From: Adineta vaga
Lineage: Eukaryota; Animalia; Rotifera
Assembly (NCBI GenBank): GCA_021613535.1
Contig: CP075493.1
Span: 17,608,001 to 17,672,000, forward strand
Length of the DNA: 64,000 nucleotides
Direction: 5' to 3'
Position 1 is the stretch's first letter. Every line of letters starts with the position of its first letter. Shown here one piece after another: positions 1-13,248 of this stretch. The notes under the pieces are model-generated. The model saw only the letters and a program-made list of their open reading frames with translations, searched no databases and had not been told where the DNA came from. The position numbers and the translations under genes are program-made.

Positions 1-540
1 CGCATGCATAATACATGCCGTTGAAAGAATCGATTCGACTTTGCCGGTGGTTGTAAAATCTGCCGCTAGCACATTACAAACATCACCTTTGACATTGTTC
101 ATTATTTTCACTTTCATTCCGTTGAAGAATTGATCCCATTCCCTTTCTCCAAGAAGATCTGCAACAGTTAACTCTATTTTCCCTTCCTGATGCTCGACAA
201 AGAGAGAGCGTAGTTGTTCAGCATTGTCATTGACATAATCGGCAAACTTCATACACACTACCATCCACATATCATCTGGAGACAACACTAAATCATGGTG
301 TTGATTGTAAGCCGAAATAAAAGCTTGTAACACAGCATTTGTCGATGTTTCTGTATGCGGTCCATTAGAAACTGTATATAAGGACGAATAATTTTGAAAT
401 GCTTTATGTGGACTTAAATCTTGATTTTCCTCGATTTTAGAAAGCCAGTGGTTTGTTACAGAAGATGATGATTGCTCGGATGGAAATCGAACTTTAGCAG
501 GTTCAAGTTCATCATCGATAATAACAGTATGAAAAGACAT
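1..540 (-). CDS. DUF4419-family protein, 5' part of exon 1 (copy cut by window edge)
   Basis: Matches 14933-15472; ATG at 540. Confidence 0.8.
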   Translation of the reverse strand, partial: MSFHTVIIDDELEPAKVRFPSEQSSSSVTNHWLSKIEENQDLSPHKAFQNYSSLYTVSNGPHTETSTNAVLQAFISAYNQHHDLVLSPDDMWMVVCMKFADYVNDNAEQLRSLFVEHQEGKIELTVADLLGEREWDQFFNGMKVKIMNNVKGDVCNVLAADFTTTGKVESILSTACIMHA

Positions 541-1017
541 CTTATTTTCTCGTATTAGTCAACCAGACGCTTCTTACCTTTTTATATGCGTCAGAATAAT
601 GCAGACCGTATTATATGCCACGTCATGTAATAACACGTAAGTGTGTCGGATGATAAATATTTACTTCCTCTTTATTGTTTTTGTTACGTGGTGTAGATAT
701 TTTTCTGTGAGCCTATAGAATTCTTTGTTCTGTTCTTATCGCCACATTACTCTATCGTTTCTTTCCAACAAACAGTAAGGCTTGAGAGAAAACAAGTTAC
801 ATGACTTTTCTCTTGCACTGGATGCCGAACATGAATTACACAATAATTCACAAAACTGAATTTCAATATAATTACAAACTCTTATGAATTATATGGATAT
901 GTAACTATATACATATTTATATATATATAATATATCCTATTTATATTGGCTAGGGTCTATAAGATTCTACCAGGGTCTGAGGGTGAGGGTGATGGTGGAT
1001 GGGTAGGTGACGGTGTA

Positions 1018-2460
1018 CCCACGGAAAAATAAACTAAGTGATACCGCAGTTTTTGACGGTTTGTAAATTGAAGGTTTGAAATAGTTATTATGAATCGCAA
1101 AAGTCAGACCTTTTATTAGGTTTTTTAAAAACCGCCACAAATCGCGGTTCTTAACGGTTTTCGAGAAAATTCTAATTCATCGTAGTGGTATTTTATTTCT
1201 GCCATCTGTCCGATAATCCTTGATTTTCCATGTTCGCCACTAGTCTACGATCTCGACACGTTGATCTCATACCGCGGTCAACTCTTATAGTAGTATTATC
1301 TATTTTATATTTATCTACTTCTTGTTAGATTCGAACTTATTACCATATGGTGATGTTTATATTAAGATCAGATATAGTCTACCCAGGTCGACAAATCCGA
1401 TATTCGATCCGATAGGACCCTATGGGATCCAACGTTCCTACAAAATCCTATCGGATTCCGATAGAATCCGGCATGGGATCCGATCGGATTGCTCGACCTG
1501 GGCACATCTAAGTTATTAACAAAATGATCACATCTCGATTTTATTGACTAACAAAACAAGTTTATGTATTTTTCTGTATCTGAATAATCTACAAGCTTAT
1601 TAATACTATCAGAAGTAGTCATCTGAATTAACTGTGGCTATAACGTATTCTATATACCCATATTTTCCAAAAAATCTGCTAAATCCTTAAGTATAATGTC
1701 TATTTACATTTCCTATTGATCTGGTTTATTTTCTGTGTAGCTTCACCTTTTTAAATTCTAACTGTTCTAATTTTAGTTGCACTATATTATCATTTGTTGC
1801 CATTTAATAAAAATACTCATTTTTGATTTAAAAATCACATATATCTATACTGTAAAAAAGTGGGGAATGGACAACAATAAAAGCGTTTATGATGGTCTCG
1901 TAAACGTAAAAAAAGATTGATGAATTTTCATCGTATAAGGAACTCCGTTTTTATTGTATTTGACGAAGATATAAATCCCTTATGGATTTATGAATCACTT
2001 CAAAAAACAGAAAAAAAGGTTTATTATACGTTGTGAATCGTCAAATCGTTATTTTTTATAACGTAGTTTTTTCCAACTTTCTATGTTGTAGGATGATGAT
2101 AAATTTAGTTTTAATCGATGAGAAAATGTTTTTATATCATACTGTGACTTTTAAGTGATAAGTTTTATTGATATAATCTTATTAGAAAAATAACGTTAGA
2201 AAATCCAGTCATGTTTCGAAAATAAACTGATTCAAATAATGGTACTATTCGACATAATATACAGACCGCGGTTTCTAATAGAGATTTCGCGAATAAAAAT
2301 ACCGTAAAAGATGGAGGTTCTCTGATACCGCAAATAGTTGCCAGCATACCGTGTTTTTTCAAAATCTCGGTTTTCAATGGTGCATACACTGCGGTTTCAT
2401 TCAAGTATATCGCGGTGCGTCTTCATGTCGGTGTAACTTACCGCAGTTAATTGCGTTGGG
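1018..2460. mobile_element. Degenerate CCC...GGG element with subterminal accgc(g/a)g repeats (CMC/CACTA-like, non-autonomous)
   Basis: Begins cccacggaaaaataaact and ends agttaattgcgttggg. accgc/gcggt motifs cluster at both ends around an AT-rich core. Confidence 0.45.
1382..1502. mobile_element. 121-bp MITE with 20-bp TIRs (copies near 16316 and 31246)
   Basis: cccaggtcgacaaatccgat ... atcggattgctcgacctggg (18/20 match), with internal atccgat repeats. Confidence 0.85.
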
Positions 2461-2618
2461 TGTGGGTGGGTAGGTGATGACCTTCTAAGCTAACAAGTGG
2501 CTCTTTGGGGCATGGGTTCGCGGCAGACCCTAGTAGAAATAATGACACATATTATATAGATATCATTATATAGAAATATGAATTATTTTGTAATTCATTT
2601 CCGGCATGGACTCTTCTC

Positions 2619-2683
2619 TTGAGGGTGGGTGTGGGAATATCTGTTTCACTCATATCTACACCCACACCTACCCACATCTTCAA
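2619..2683. repeat. Telomere-like hairpin element
   Basis: ttgagggtgggtgtggg - atatctgtttcactcatatct - acacccacacctacccacatcttcaa. Confidence 0.75.
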
Positions 2684-3771
2684 CGCCTTTTGGTGTAATG
2701 TTATATGGAGAGAATTGAAGATTAATCTTAAAGATGATCTTTTTTCTTTGTTTTTATCAATATTAAATATACAATCGATATATAACTTAATTACATGATC
2801 TTAAATATAGAAATCAGTTTTCGATTTTATTAGATGAAGATATAACAGAATATAGTTTTTCTTTAAAAAATACATATACAACAGAAAAAACGATGCTTAT
2901 GAAGATGAATTAATACACATTTTGATTTTTTTTTTCGTTTAAAATTTCAAATATAACTACTTTATGTTAGCTTATTTCTCCTTCAAAAGACTCCTGCACA
3001 CTAGACACTAGTAAGCCGGACGAATTCGATAATAAGCTTGAGATCTATAATAGCTTGGTTAGTCATGTTTGATCCTACTTTAGTAATGGCGTTGTAGATT
3101 ATTTGAATAAAGTCTTTAAAAAAGACTAACTTTTATTTCAAAAAAAAAATATACACGACTGATGTCGATCTAAGTTCAAAGACAACCGATCATCGGGGGA
3201 TAGACTAGTTCAAAGATCAAACGGCCGACAAAATCATTGAAAATAGAGAAGAAAGAGAAAGCAAAAAGAATATGTTGCTTGTGTGTGGATGAACCTCACA
3301 TAAGACAACAGAACACGAAAAGAGAAAGTTAGCGATAACGATATACTAACTGTTATCGCTAACACTTTGTATAATCGAAAAATATACGTTTTTAATTCAA
3401 TCTTGACATTTATATGACATTCTATTCAATGATAGATATATAGTCAGTAATTTGTTTCTACTAACAACTGATTATATCTTGATTATTATGACTGTTGAAA
3501 CAAAAAAGTGATCATTACGCAAATCTTTCCAAAATTATTTATTAGAAAAAAAGCAAGAATATTGTTTTTAATGCGATGTACTGAAACGTTTGTCTCTGTG
3601 CCCAATTTTACTTGACAGATTTTTCATCAATTGACAAAGATTAGATAGTATCAGAAATTAATGATTATGTTCGCTTTTGGATACTTTATTTATGTTTCAT
3701 GAGTAGAAGGATCAATACAAGAGAGAAATCAATCTGTCGATTCGAATTATAATTTAAAAAATGATTTTTGT

Positions 3772-5150
3772 TTATTTGTCGACAACATAAAATGTCTTTT
3801 TCTTGCTCATAAATCCCCATATAAAAGCTATCGCTTCACAAATAGTTATAAATGGTATATTGACGAATACACAGATCATCTTAAATATAAAACGAAAATA
3901 ATTCAATCGATGCGAGTGAAATGAATAAAAAGCTCCAATAAGATAAAGATAGATTACCACTACACTAGTAAAATTGGTTAGACATTGAATAATTAATGGT
4001 AGATCAATTGAATATAATGGTGAGATAAAAAAGTATAAAGTGCTAAACAAGACACAGAAGGGGAGTAAACAGATATTCCAAGATACAAACGTAACATAAT
4101 GGGAAGTGTTTTATCATGTACAATAAGTAGAAGACCTTGAACCCATCGTTTTCGTTGGTGAATAAAATCATATAGAGTAAATGTTGATTTTTCTAACATT
4201 TCACCTTCAATCCAGTCAAATTTAAAACCAGATGACATAGCTTTCATAGCAAAATACATGTCTTCAGCTATTGATCCATTAGCACCATTATCAAATGTAA
4301 TTGCTTGTTCACATTCTACTTTACAAACAATATATGAACCTTTAAACATAAATACTGGTAGATGAAATAATTTCAAGCAACATCTGAGAAGTCCTAAATC
4401 TATTCCTACTCGTAATGAATCACCTAATGTTGTCATCTGATTAACAACACCATTACTATTATATGTTATTACTCCTTGTCCTATTGAATAGCCATTTTCG
4501 TTATTGATAAAATTTATAATACCATATAAACTATTTTTAGTTAAAAGTGTTTCTTCATCTAAATGAATTATCCAATCATTTTTATCAAGTAACTGTTGCT
4601 CGATAGCATACTGTAGTGCACGAGCTTTAAACAAAGAACCTTTTTTCGTACGATAATTTTTAGGCACCACAACTTGTCTTACTCTTGAATCATAGTTATC
4701 TAATATTTCCAAAGGTTTGTCTGTGACTAATTCTAAACAAATATTAGTTAGGCCAATATTATCACATAGAAATAAATTATGTTTAATATTATCTCGGACA
4801 AGAAGAGGATAATCACCACGTGTAACAACACGAATACATATTCTAGATGATAATTGTGGTGAATATTGTAAATATGGTTGCTTGAATATGTCAAAAAAAA
4901 GTAAACCAATCGTATTCATAATAGCCAATGGAAGTGTGAATAAAGGTAATAAACCAAAAGAATAAATTAAGGTAGTTATTAGTAAATCATATGATTTTTT
5001 AATGAAGGAAACTGTAATAGAAGTATTAACTTCAAGTGGTGATGATGATGAGAATGACGAACAAGTATAATAGCATAAACTTTCGAATATTGTTGTAAAT
5101 ATAATGAAACAGCATACATGTATAGCATGATAATATCGAGAAAAACTCAT
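3772..5150 (-). CDS. egh: Beta-1,4-mannosyltransferase egghead/BRE-3 (GT2), copy with a 1-nt frameshift near 4060
   Basis: Same sequence as the intact copy; the G run near 4060 is one base shorter. Confidence 0.8.
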
Positions 5151-5336
5151 TAAGCTACGTTACTAAAATCAAACAGAAAAAAATCAGTATAATTTATGGA
5201 ACTATGGATAAGCTTAGTAAAGGTAGAGTAAAGATGAGGAGTTCTACTACAAATACGAATATTCTCATGAATGGCCTCCTTCTAATTTTCGAAACAAATG
5301 CAAAAATTATGAGTTACGTGTACCGAATTTTTCTAA

Positions 5337-6821
5337 CCCATGTAAACACCAGACGCAGGATAGCTGCGTCTCGTCGCGTCTGTGTTTGAAAATCGCATCG
5401 AGACGCGGCTTAAACTCAATTTTATCGCGTTCAAATGCGTATTCATTTATAACCGCGTTCAGACGCGAACACCGAATAATTTTTCCTTGCGTGTAGACGC
5501 AACTTCATATAAAGTCGCGTTCAGACGCGATTGAAAAAATTTTGAGCTGCAATTAGACGCGATTTCGTATATAGACGCGTTCAGATGCAATTAAAATAGC
5601 TTTCAACTGCATCCAGACGCATTTATTAACAGAATCGCGTCTATAAGCGTTTTGCATTGCGAAAAATAACCGCGTCCAGTCGCAAATCATATTAGAATCG
5701 CATGCAAACGCATCTAAAATAAGTATCAAACGCGACTAGATGCACCTTTGTGTCAAATAGTCTCTAAATGCGTTCAAGAACGTTTTCGAAGTGCGTCAAA
5801 ACGCAAATTGAAAACATTTCAGTACGAGCTCTGTGCAAACCGCGGTTAAACGCACTTATTGGAAAATATTTCGGTGCTTTGAAGCGCGTTTATCTATCCT
5901 ATTACATATCAACACATTTACTTCTAACGATATTAGTCAAATTTTTCTGTTAAAAATATTGCTTATCTTTCTTTTGAATACACGTATGTCGTTTTCCATG
6001 TCGAAAGACGTTGAAATGCAAAATACTGTATATCGGAGACCAAATAAATAGATAAGAACTGTTATTTGTACGTGTTTAGAAAGATTTTTAATAACCAATT
6101 GATATCTGTTTTTCAAATAAACTCTATCAATCTAATTAAAATCCATAGGTTAACTGTATATATCTGATTTATCAAAACTTTTATTAGATTTTTATTGTTG
6201 TAAATTACATTTCAAATAAAATTAGAGATAGAAAAGACAAAAAATATACAATTTTATTTGAAATTATTGTAAAAAATACGATAATGTGTCGTACTTTCTT
6301 CATATAGACAGAAGCAAACATTCTTATATTCATGTATAGAAGTTCAGAAGTATTCAATCAAATACATATCGTTTTGAATAAGAATATATTTCGAGTAAGT
6401 ATAGTTCAGTGGTGTATGTTCACGACTTCTGATCGATGGTTCACATGTTCAAATCTGCTTCTGGTCATGTAAGTTAAAAATTCAATTCATAGGCTAGGGT
6501 AGGCTAAGACCATCAGGATATAATGTGGATGGCGACTCCGTTCGAATCTGAGATGAATTGACAGATTTTTTGCCTAATTTTTAAATTTAAATAAAACGCG
6601 TCTAGACGCCCCGATTGTTTCATAGAGGACGCAGTTCCAAATCAAGGTGCGTTTAGACGCAACTAGTTTTCAATCGCGTTCAGACGCAGTTTATTCTGAC
6701 TCGCATCTGGGCGCCTCGATTGTTTCACTGACGACGCGTATAGACGCGCTCAACTGCTTCGATTTAGACGCGTTCGGCACGCAGTCGAAACGCGTTTTGA
6801 CTCAAAAAATGTTTACATGGG
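5337..6821. mobile_element. Non-autonomous CMC/CACTA-like DNA transposon (copies 20270-21753, 35201-36685)
   Basis: Perfect 12-bp TIR cccatgtaaaca/tgtttacatggg, flanked by aa on both sides (possible 2-bp TSD). Dense subterminal agacgc(g) repeats; no transposase ORF. Confidence 0.85.
6393..6467 (+). pseudogene. tRNA-like remnant (Arg-TCT-like loop) inside the transposon
   Basis: A-box-like tagttcagtggt, loop cga-CTTCTGA-tcg and B-box-like gttcaaatc at tRNA spacing; stems largely broken. Confidence 0.5.
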
Positions 6822-7068
6822 AAGAGGATCAATTTACTAACACATAAACAGCTTATGTTTCTCTTCACAGAATTAACCGAATCAACATACATTTATTATT
6901 CATTCTAAAAAAAGAACGTCTTCACGTTGAGACATAGTTAAAAATGCTTTTTGTTTTCATAAAAATGATCGATAAATATTATGTAAATATTGTATGAATT
7001 TCTAATCATCATGCGTTTTAAAAGTAAATTAGTTATAGAAAGGAAGAAGGAAAAAGCCAAGAGACATC

Positions 7069-7703
7069 GGTATTAATATCAGTCATCGACAAATTATTGT
7101 CAACAAATATTTTTTCGACAAGACATTTCGTCGACAAACGTTTCGTCGACAGACATTTCGTCGACAAGATATTTCGTCGACAAGATATTTTATTGCCTAA
7201 TATTAGAAGAGACAGTATTGGTGTTCAATGAGTAAATGTATCCATCATAGAGAACCACCCGCTTGCCTTTTGTCGTAACACTAAACTTGAGGGTAACCGT
7301 GCGAGTTGCCATAATGAAGAAGAAAGTGAAGAAGAATTTGTAAATATAATAAGAGAAGTCGATTGACCGACGCTATATCTATCAGCGAGCGACACTTGAG
7401 CCAATTAGTGGCAAAATACTTGTAATTTAGAACGAAGAAAGTTACATTGATCTCTTTTTTGTTACGTTCCAAAAGAGGAACAATTTTCATCAATTTGCTC
7501 AGTGCAAAATTGGATTATGAGTTTAGTTTTATTGATAAAGTAAATATACAACCATGAGGACAAAAGATTGATTGTTCACGAAATATTTGTCGACAAACTA
7601 TCTTGTCGACAAACTATCTTGTCGACAAACTATCTTGTCGACAAACTATCTTGTCGACAAAATGTCTGTCGACAAAGTGTTGTCGACGAATGATATGTAA
7701 TTC
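7069..7703. mobile_element. MITE with 8-bp TSD and arms of ~16-bp gtcgac tandem repeats (copies 22001-22635, 36933-37535)
   Basis: Direct repeat gagacatc at 7061-7068 and 7704-7711. Imperfect TIRs ggtattaatatcagtcatcgac / gtcgacgaatgatatgtaattc. Confidence 0.85.
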
Positions 7704-8020
7704 GAGACATCAAGGGAATATTGTAATATCATACACACTTATGAAATTAACGATATACATAAAGAAGATTGAGAAGAAATAAATGTAACAAACATTAATA
7801 ATGTAATTCTAGAAGAGAATTTTCACATAAAAGTATACGATACAAAATGAGATTGGGGGCAAATTGCGATAAAACTAGATTTATTACATTTTTTATATAT
7901 TTTTTTCTTCTCATCTCGCCTACAATGCTCTAAGAAAAAGAGTATCCAATAATATATAAATGAAGTTAATGATATAAAAACCAGAAATCGATTGAGAAAA
8001 GTTTTCTATCAACGTATAAT

Positions 8021-10248
8021 ATGACGTGCGAAATGGCTCCTGAGTTCTTTATATGTCCAATTACTTATGAATTGTTTAATGATCCCTTCATAGCTGCTGA
8101 TGGTCATACGTATGAACGAGCAGCTATCGTTCAATGGATAGAACAAAGTGCAGGTACAAGTCCATTAACAAGAGAGCGTATCACAGTAGAAGATCTACGT
8201 CCAAATCATAATATCCGATCAGCAGTTGAAGAATTTAAGAAACGTTCACAACATAAACAATATAAATTTGAACTTAATGTTGACATTAAACGAAAAGCAT
8301 TGATAATACAATCGTTTGGTAAAATGATATACAAAGCTGAATGGATACCTAGTACAAGGGGACCACCAATTATTCTATTACAAATTGATGGTTTTAGAGC
8401 AATGAGAGAGCACAATTTTATGCTAAACTTGTTCATCCACAAATTGTTAGAACTTACGGACATCTTGAAACTGTGCAACAATCTGTAACTCTTGTACAAG
8501 AACGTGCGCCTAATGATTTACGTCAACTTCTTTCTAAGTTAAATCACCAACCATCCGAAGCTATACTTTGTGAAATGTTTATTCAGATAGCCAATGGAAT
8601 GTCTTATCTAGCACGCATGAATATTGTTCATGGAGACTTAGCGTGTCGAAATATTCTTGTTTTTAACTATGATGAAACAAATGTACAAAAATCTGTTGTT
8701 AAAATAACTGATTTTGGACTTAGTCGTTTTAGTAATCTATACATGACGGTAGGCAATACTGTATCTAATAATATTGTTCCTATTCGCTACGCCGCTCCTG
8801 AAGTTTTAAACTCTCAAAGACCAGATGAAAAATCAGATATTTTTTCCATGGGTGTATTAATGTGGGAAGCATTTGAAAAGGGACAAATACCGTGGGTAGA
8901 GATAAACAATGATGCTGAAGTTAGTTGGCGAGTGATGAATGGTCAGAGATTAGCAAGACCCGCAACATGTTTGAACGATAATATGTGGCGTCTAATTCAA
9001 CAATGCTGGATGTTAGAAAAAGAAAATCGTCCACATTTTACAGATTTACGGAGAAGATTAGAGGAAATACTTTATCCCAGAAGACTATCAAATGGTACGT
9101 ATATTATTTCAGGCAAAGAATGTTTACGGTACCAGTTTTCATTTTTAAGTTAACTCCATCACTCGTTGGTAATGTCCAGTTTTCAACGATCCACCAAATT
9201 CTAACGGGGCAAGTTTTTGAAATACGTATGCATAATTCTATAAGACATTTTAAACATCTTGTCAAAATTGTAGATGCCTTCTAATCCAATTGTTATTATA
9301 CCTCGAGAACATCCTAATACATTACCTCGCGAGAGTCCAAATATAAATCCAACACCAATACCACATCCAGATTGACGTAAAAAATTCAAAAAAATTGTAG
9401 TAAAACATAAATGTGTACTAATAATTGTATTATTTCTTACACTTGGAGCAAGCATTACATTGGGTGTTATATTTGGACGAAAAGATTCAGGTAAATAAAA
9501 TTAATTGTATAGATCTTATTCTTCTCTTCTGCATATTTTTTCGATCAACAGGAAAAGATAGACCCATAATCCCATCTAATACTATTATGATTACTACTAT
9601 CACAACAACTCCTATCCGTAAGTTATTCTGATAAAATCGAATATCATAGTATTATTGGTTCTTTTTACTTTAACTTAGCTGATGTTATGCTCACGAAAAT
9701 AAGTGATCGGGTTTTTGGAATCTGGAATACAGCTGTCGGTGGTCATAGCACACCGGCTATTTCATCTACTGCTGGAGCGTCTGGGAATTATGTACCCAGT
9801 GAACATCCTCAACTAATACTCGACAATGAAACATCGACAAAATATTTCAATCATGGCAATGGAAACTTTAATGTTTACAGTATTACGAAAGGTGTTGGAA
9901 CTGGCTTTTATATTACACCTTCAATGGGTCTATCAATCTTAAAAAGATTTCGAATTGCAACAGCTGACGATCGTCCACTTCGTGATTCATTGTCAATTAC
10001 GATAGAGTGTAGTAATGCTACTGGCAATAGTCTAATAAATGGTTTCACCTGGCTTTTAATTCATAGTGGATCAACTGGATTACTGCTCGATCCAGATCGT
10101 CAAGAATTTGGTAACGATCAGTTCTTAACAATAATAATATAGCATACAGAAGTTTATCGTGTACTGATAGCTTCACAACGTGGATCAGATAATGCCGTAC
10201 AATATAGCGAATTTCATCTTCTTGGTTGGATTTTTTTCATTAAGCTAG
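8021..10248 (+). CDS. U-box + tyrosine-kinase-type gene with TM/discoidin-like exons, copy with frameshifts
   Basis: Same as 22953-25176, with a 1-nt loss near 8410 and indels near 10120-10155. Confidence 0.7.
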
Positions 10249-10356
10249 TGATGTCTTGGTACAAAATACTAATTGAAATAAAATGAGGGTGAGAATGTGA
10301 GTTTTTTCAAGAATAAAGATATCCACCGAATTAGACGAATTTATATCGAAAGTATA

Positions 10357-10431
10357 TGAGGTGTGGGTGGGTGTGGGTATATCTTTTTACTTCACAACCA
10401 CACCCACCCACCCACCCACCCACACTCTCAA
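10357..10431. repeat. Telomere-like hairpin element (copies ~25290-25364, ~40189-40263)
   Basis: tgaggtgtgggtgggtgtgggt - atatctttttacttcaca - accacacccacccacccacccacccacactctcaa. Confidence 0.8.
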
Positions 10432-11074
10432 TTGAGTCGTAATGACGAACGTTACTTGTTAAATATTCATCTTAATCTGTATGAGACCATTCATTTCTTT
10501 TTTCCTTATGTGTACATATTTGTTATTTTCTGCCAAATATTTTTTTTATCATTTACATCAAGATTATTAAAAATATGAATTTCTATCAAAATGAGTGAAA
10601 TTTCATATGCATTCTATTGTCTAGTCAAAACATTACCTAAATTATTTCGATTAATATCGAATATATATGAACAGAGTGTAATTATGAAATAAGTTACATA
10701 AGAATCTGTAATTCGGTACATTGTGTGTCTAACATTTCTTTATTACTGTTTATCATGTTGTCATATTTCCAAAACTTACCTACTGAAATGTATATATATA
10801 TATATATTAATGATAATTTATTTGTATTCATCCTAGTTTAGAGATGTGAGTAATTGTAGTATATTGACACACCAATCTCACCTTTACTCACCCTGTAAGA
10901 GAAATTTTGTCTATGTATTCAATACTATTAGGACTACAATAAGAAAAAGAAAATGGAACTGGCAAATATCTAATAAAGATAAAGCCTAACTTTATTTCTT
11001 TGAAATGTGTTTCATTAAAATGGATAAAAATTAAAAGTTAGATTCGACGTATATTGAATGAATAAGTGATATTT

Positions 11075-12934
11075 TCAATTGTATTTTGAAAATAAAAGAT
11101 ATTTTTGAAATATTTTCATACGATAAGTATTTTTAATTTCATCAATGTTAAAATATTCAATTAGTTTATTTAAATGTTCATGATTATATTTCGTTTCTTC
11201 CAAATGATATATAAGTAAGAATTTTAAATTTTGAAAATTATTCAATATTTCTTTGATAATATTTATACTTTCATTTGATATATTGAAAAATTCCATTGAA
11301 TAAAAATGTATATATTGAACATTTGAAAAATAAATCGAAATATCTTTTAAAATTTGTTCAAATTTAATATTTTTTGGAGGATTAATCTTCAGATCTAATT
11401 GTTGAATTTTATTATTTAATATTGAAATTAATTCTGTTTCTATTGAAGAAATTTTTTCATCAATATCTAAAATTAAATGATTTACATTTGGTAATATAAA
11501 TATTAACCAATCTTTAATCATTGTAAGAGTTTGCCAATCCAAATGAATAGTTGTAACAGTATTTAAACAAATATGATGTTTTTCACAATAAGAATAATTT
11601 TTATTATCAAGAGATTTGTAAGTATGATAAAAAGAAATTTGATGTAATTTCGGTAATTTTAATTGAAGTTCTTTTAAAAACTTCAAATCATATTTTGATT
11701 GTAATGGTAGAGAAATGAATTTAATAGAATTGGATAAGCAATGTATTTCAAGATTCTTTAATTTCATATCGTTATAAACATCATATATTTCTTCGAAATT
11801 CTCAAATTGATATGGTAATGTAAAGAAAATATGTCCACTTATTCCAAATGACCAGTTATGATTTGACCAAAATGAATCATTAAAATTCGATAGAAAAACA
11901 TTTTGATCAATTTCACAATCAGAAATATAACTAACAAGATGAAATTGTCGAAGATTTCTCATTTGTTCTAATAAATCTTTAAGTTTTATATAATTGAATG
12001 GAAAATAATCGATTTTTTGTTTTCGTATTTTTCTTAAATCAATTGATAAACATATTAATGAAGATGAAAATTGTTTTATAAAATATATTAATTGATCATA
12101 ATCAATATCATAGTCCCAAAAATCAAATCTTAACGGATCTGATTTTTCTTTATGATATAAATTTAAAAATAATTTTTTTAATTTAATATCAATCATTTTA
12201 GATTTAGTTTTGATATGATAAGGTGGATCAGATAAAAGATATAAATATTCTAAATTTGGTGTTTGTAATAATATCGAATAAATATCTTCAAAATCATTTA
12301 ATAATAATGTTAATGAATGTAAATTGAAATTGATTTCGAATAAATTTCTTTTATATATTGATAATGGTGATGTGACAAATAAATATTGAAATGTTTCTAA
12401 AGAATTTTTCTTATTTAAAATTTTATTTAATAAATAATATTGTTTGGAATAATAATTATATAAACAACATTCCCAATTAGAACCAAGTTTTGTTTTTTCT
12501 ATACGAAATGATTGTAAATAATCAAATTGTTCATTTGTAAAGATTAGGTCGAATTCTTCTTTAGGTAAACCATATGGACAAGAAATAATTAAAGATTTTA
12601 AATTTGGAAAATGTGTCAATGGAAATGTTATATCGATAGAATTGATATTTAAATATTCAATTTGTGAATTAATTACCGATAAAATATTTTCCCATATTTT
12701 CAGATTTGTTGTTGGTAATTTGAAATCAGTTAAATAATATTTATTTTTTAATATTAAATTATTAAATCGTTCATTAAAAAAGAAAAATGTATAAAGAATA
12801 TCATTTGAAGATAAATAATTAAATATAAGAAAAAGAATTTCAGTTGGTAAAAGATTAAACCATGTTGTAGATTTCATATTTATTGTATCCATCTTCAAGA
12901 ATAACAATCGATATAGTGAATATTTTCCATTCAT
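11075..12934 (-). CDS. F-box protein with degenerate LRR-like region, 619 aa, intronless
   Basis: FNLLPTEILFLIFNYLSSNDILYTFF..NERFNNLI F-box; LxxLxL repeats; FW...W...FTLPY motif. Confidence 0.85.
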   Translation of the reverse strand: MNGKYSLYRLLFLKMDTINMKSTTWFNLLPTEILFLIFNYLSSNDILYTFFFFNERFNNLILKNKYYLTDFKLPTTNLKIWENILSVINSQIEYLNINSIDITFPLTHFPNLKSLIISCPYGLPKEEFDLIFTNEQFDYLQSFRIEKTKLGSNWECCLYNYYSKQYYLLNKILNKKNSLETFQYLFVTSPLSIYKRNLFEINFNLHSLTLLLNDFEDIYSILLQTPNLEYLYLLSDPPYHIKTKSKMIDIKLKKLFLNLYHKEKSDPLRFDFWDYDIDYDQLIYFIKQFSSSLICLSIDLRKIRKQKIDYFPFNYIKLKDLLEQMRNLRQFHLVSYISDCEIDQNVFLSNFNDSFWSNHNWSFGISGHIFFTLPYQFENFEEIYDVYNDMKLKNLEIHCLSNSIKFISLPLQSKYDLKFLKELQLKLPKLHQISFYHTYKSLDNKNYSYCEKHHICLNTVTTIHLDWQTLTMIKDWLIFILPNVNHLILDIDEKISSIETELISILNNKIQQLDLKINPPKNIKFEQILKDISIYFSNVQYIHFYSMEFFNISNESINIIKEILNNFQNLKFLLIYHLEETKYNHEHLNKLIEYFNIDEIKNTYRMKIFQKYLLFSKYN

Positions 12935-13248
12935 ATATCATTTATATTGAGTACAGAACGGAAAAGAAAAAAAGAAAACTTTTTCTATGTCTCGAATGTC
13001 AATAAAATAAATTCGTTAACTTTAAATTATTTCTTTTATTTCTCTCAGTTTTATATAACTTACTTACTATTTGAACAAAAACATAAAAGACTGAATTTTA
13101 AGAGTATAGATAAATATCAAACATTTTACGACAATACTTCAGTAATTTTGTTAAAGATTTATTCGAAAACCTTTCTCTTTGTTTGACATAATAAAACTAT
13201 TTCTATGATTTATACAGCTTCTCTTATCTCTTTAGAACAAACACAATT

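Larger units (their letters stand above)
822..2607. mobile_element. Outer non-autonomous TIR element hosting nested insertions (repeated in each unit)
   Basis: atgccgaacatgaattacacaataattca at 822 versus inverse tgaattattttgtaattcatttccggcat ending at 2607. Inner inverse pair ctagggtct (~950) / agaccctag (~2525-2533). Confidence 0.6.

Noticed and set aside
5350-5890. Spaced agacgcg motifs as CRISPR or iteron repeats
   Set aside because: Short degenerate motifs confined to both subterminal regions of a TIR element.
1322-7493. Short ORFs of 61-79 aa (1322, 2165, 5204, 5768, 5833, 6647, 7281) and their copies
   Set aside because: They lie in or across non-autonomous transposons and have no recognisable motifs; recurrence reflects only the tandem array.
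7086-7690. gtcgac repeat arrays as a CRISPR array
   Set aside because: Contiguous ~16-bp tandem units without unique spacers, bounded by TIRs and an 8-bp TSD; eukaryotic context with no cas genes.
8206-9455. Antisense or overlapping ORFs (8206-8499, 9201-9455; also 55886-56164)
   Set aside because: Shadows of real coding exons on the opposite strand.
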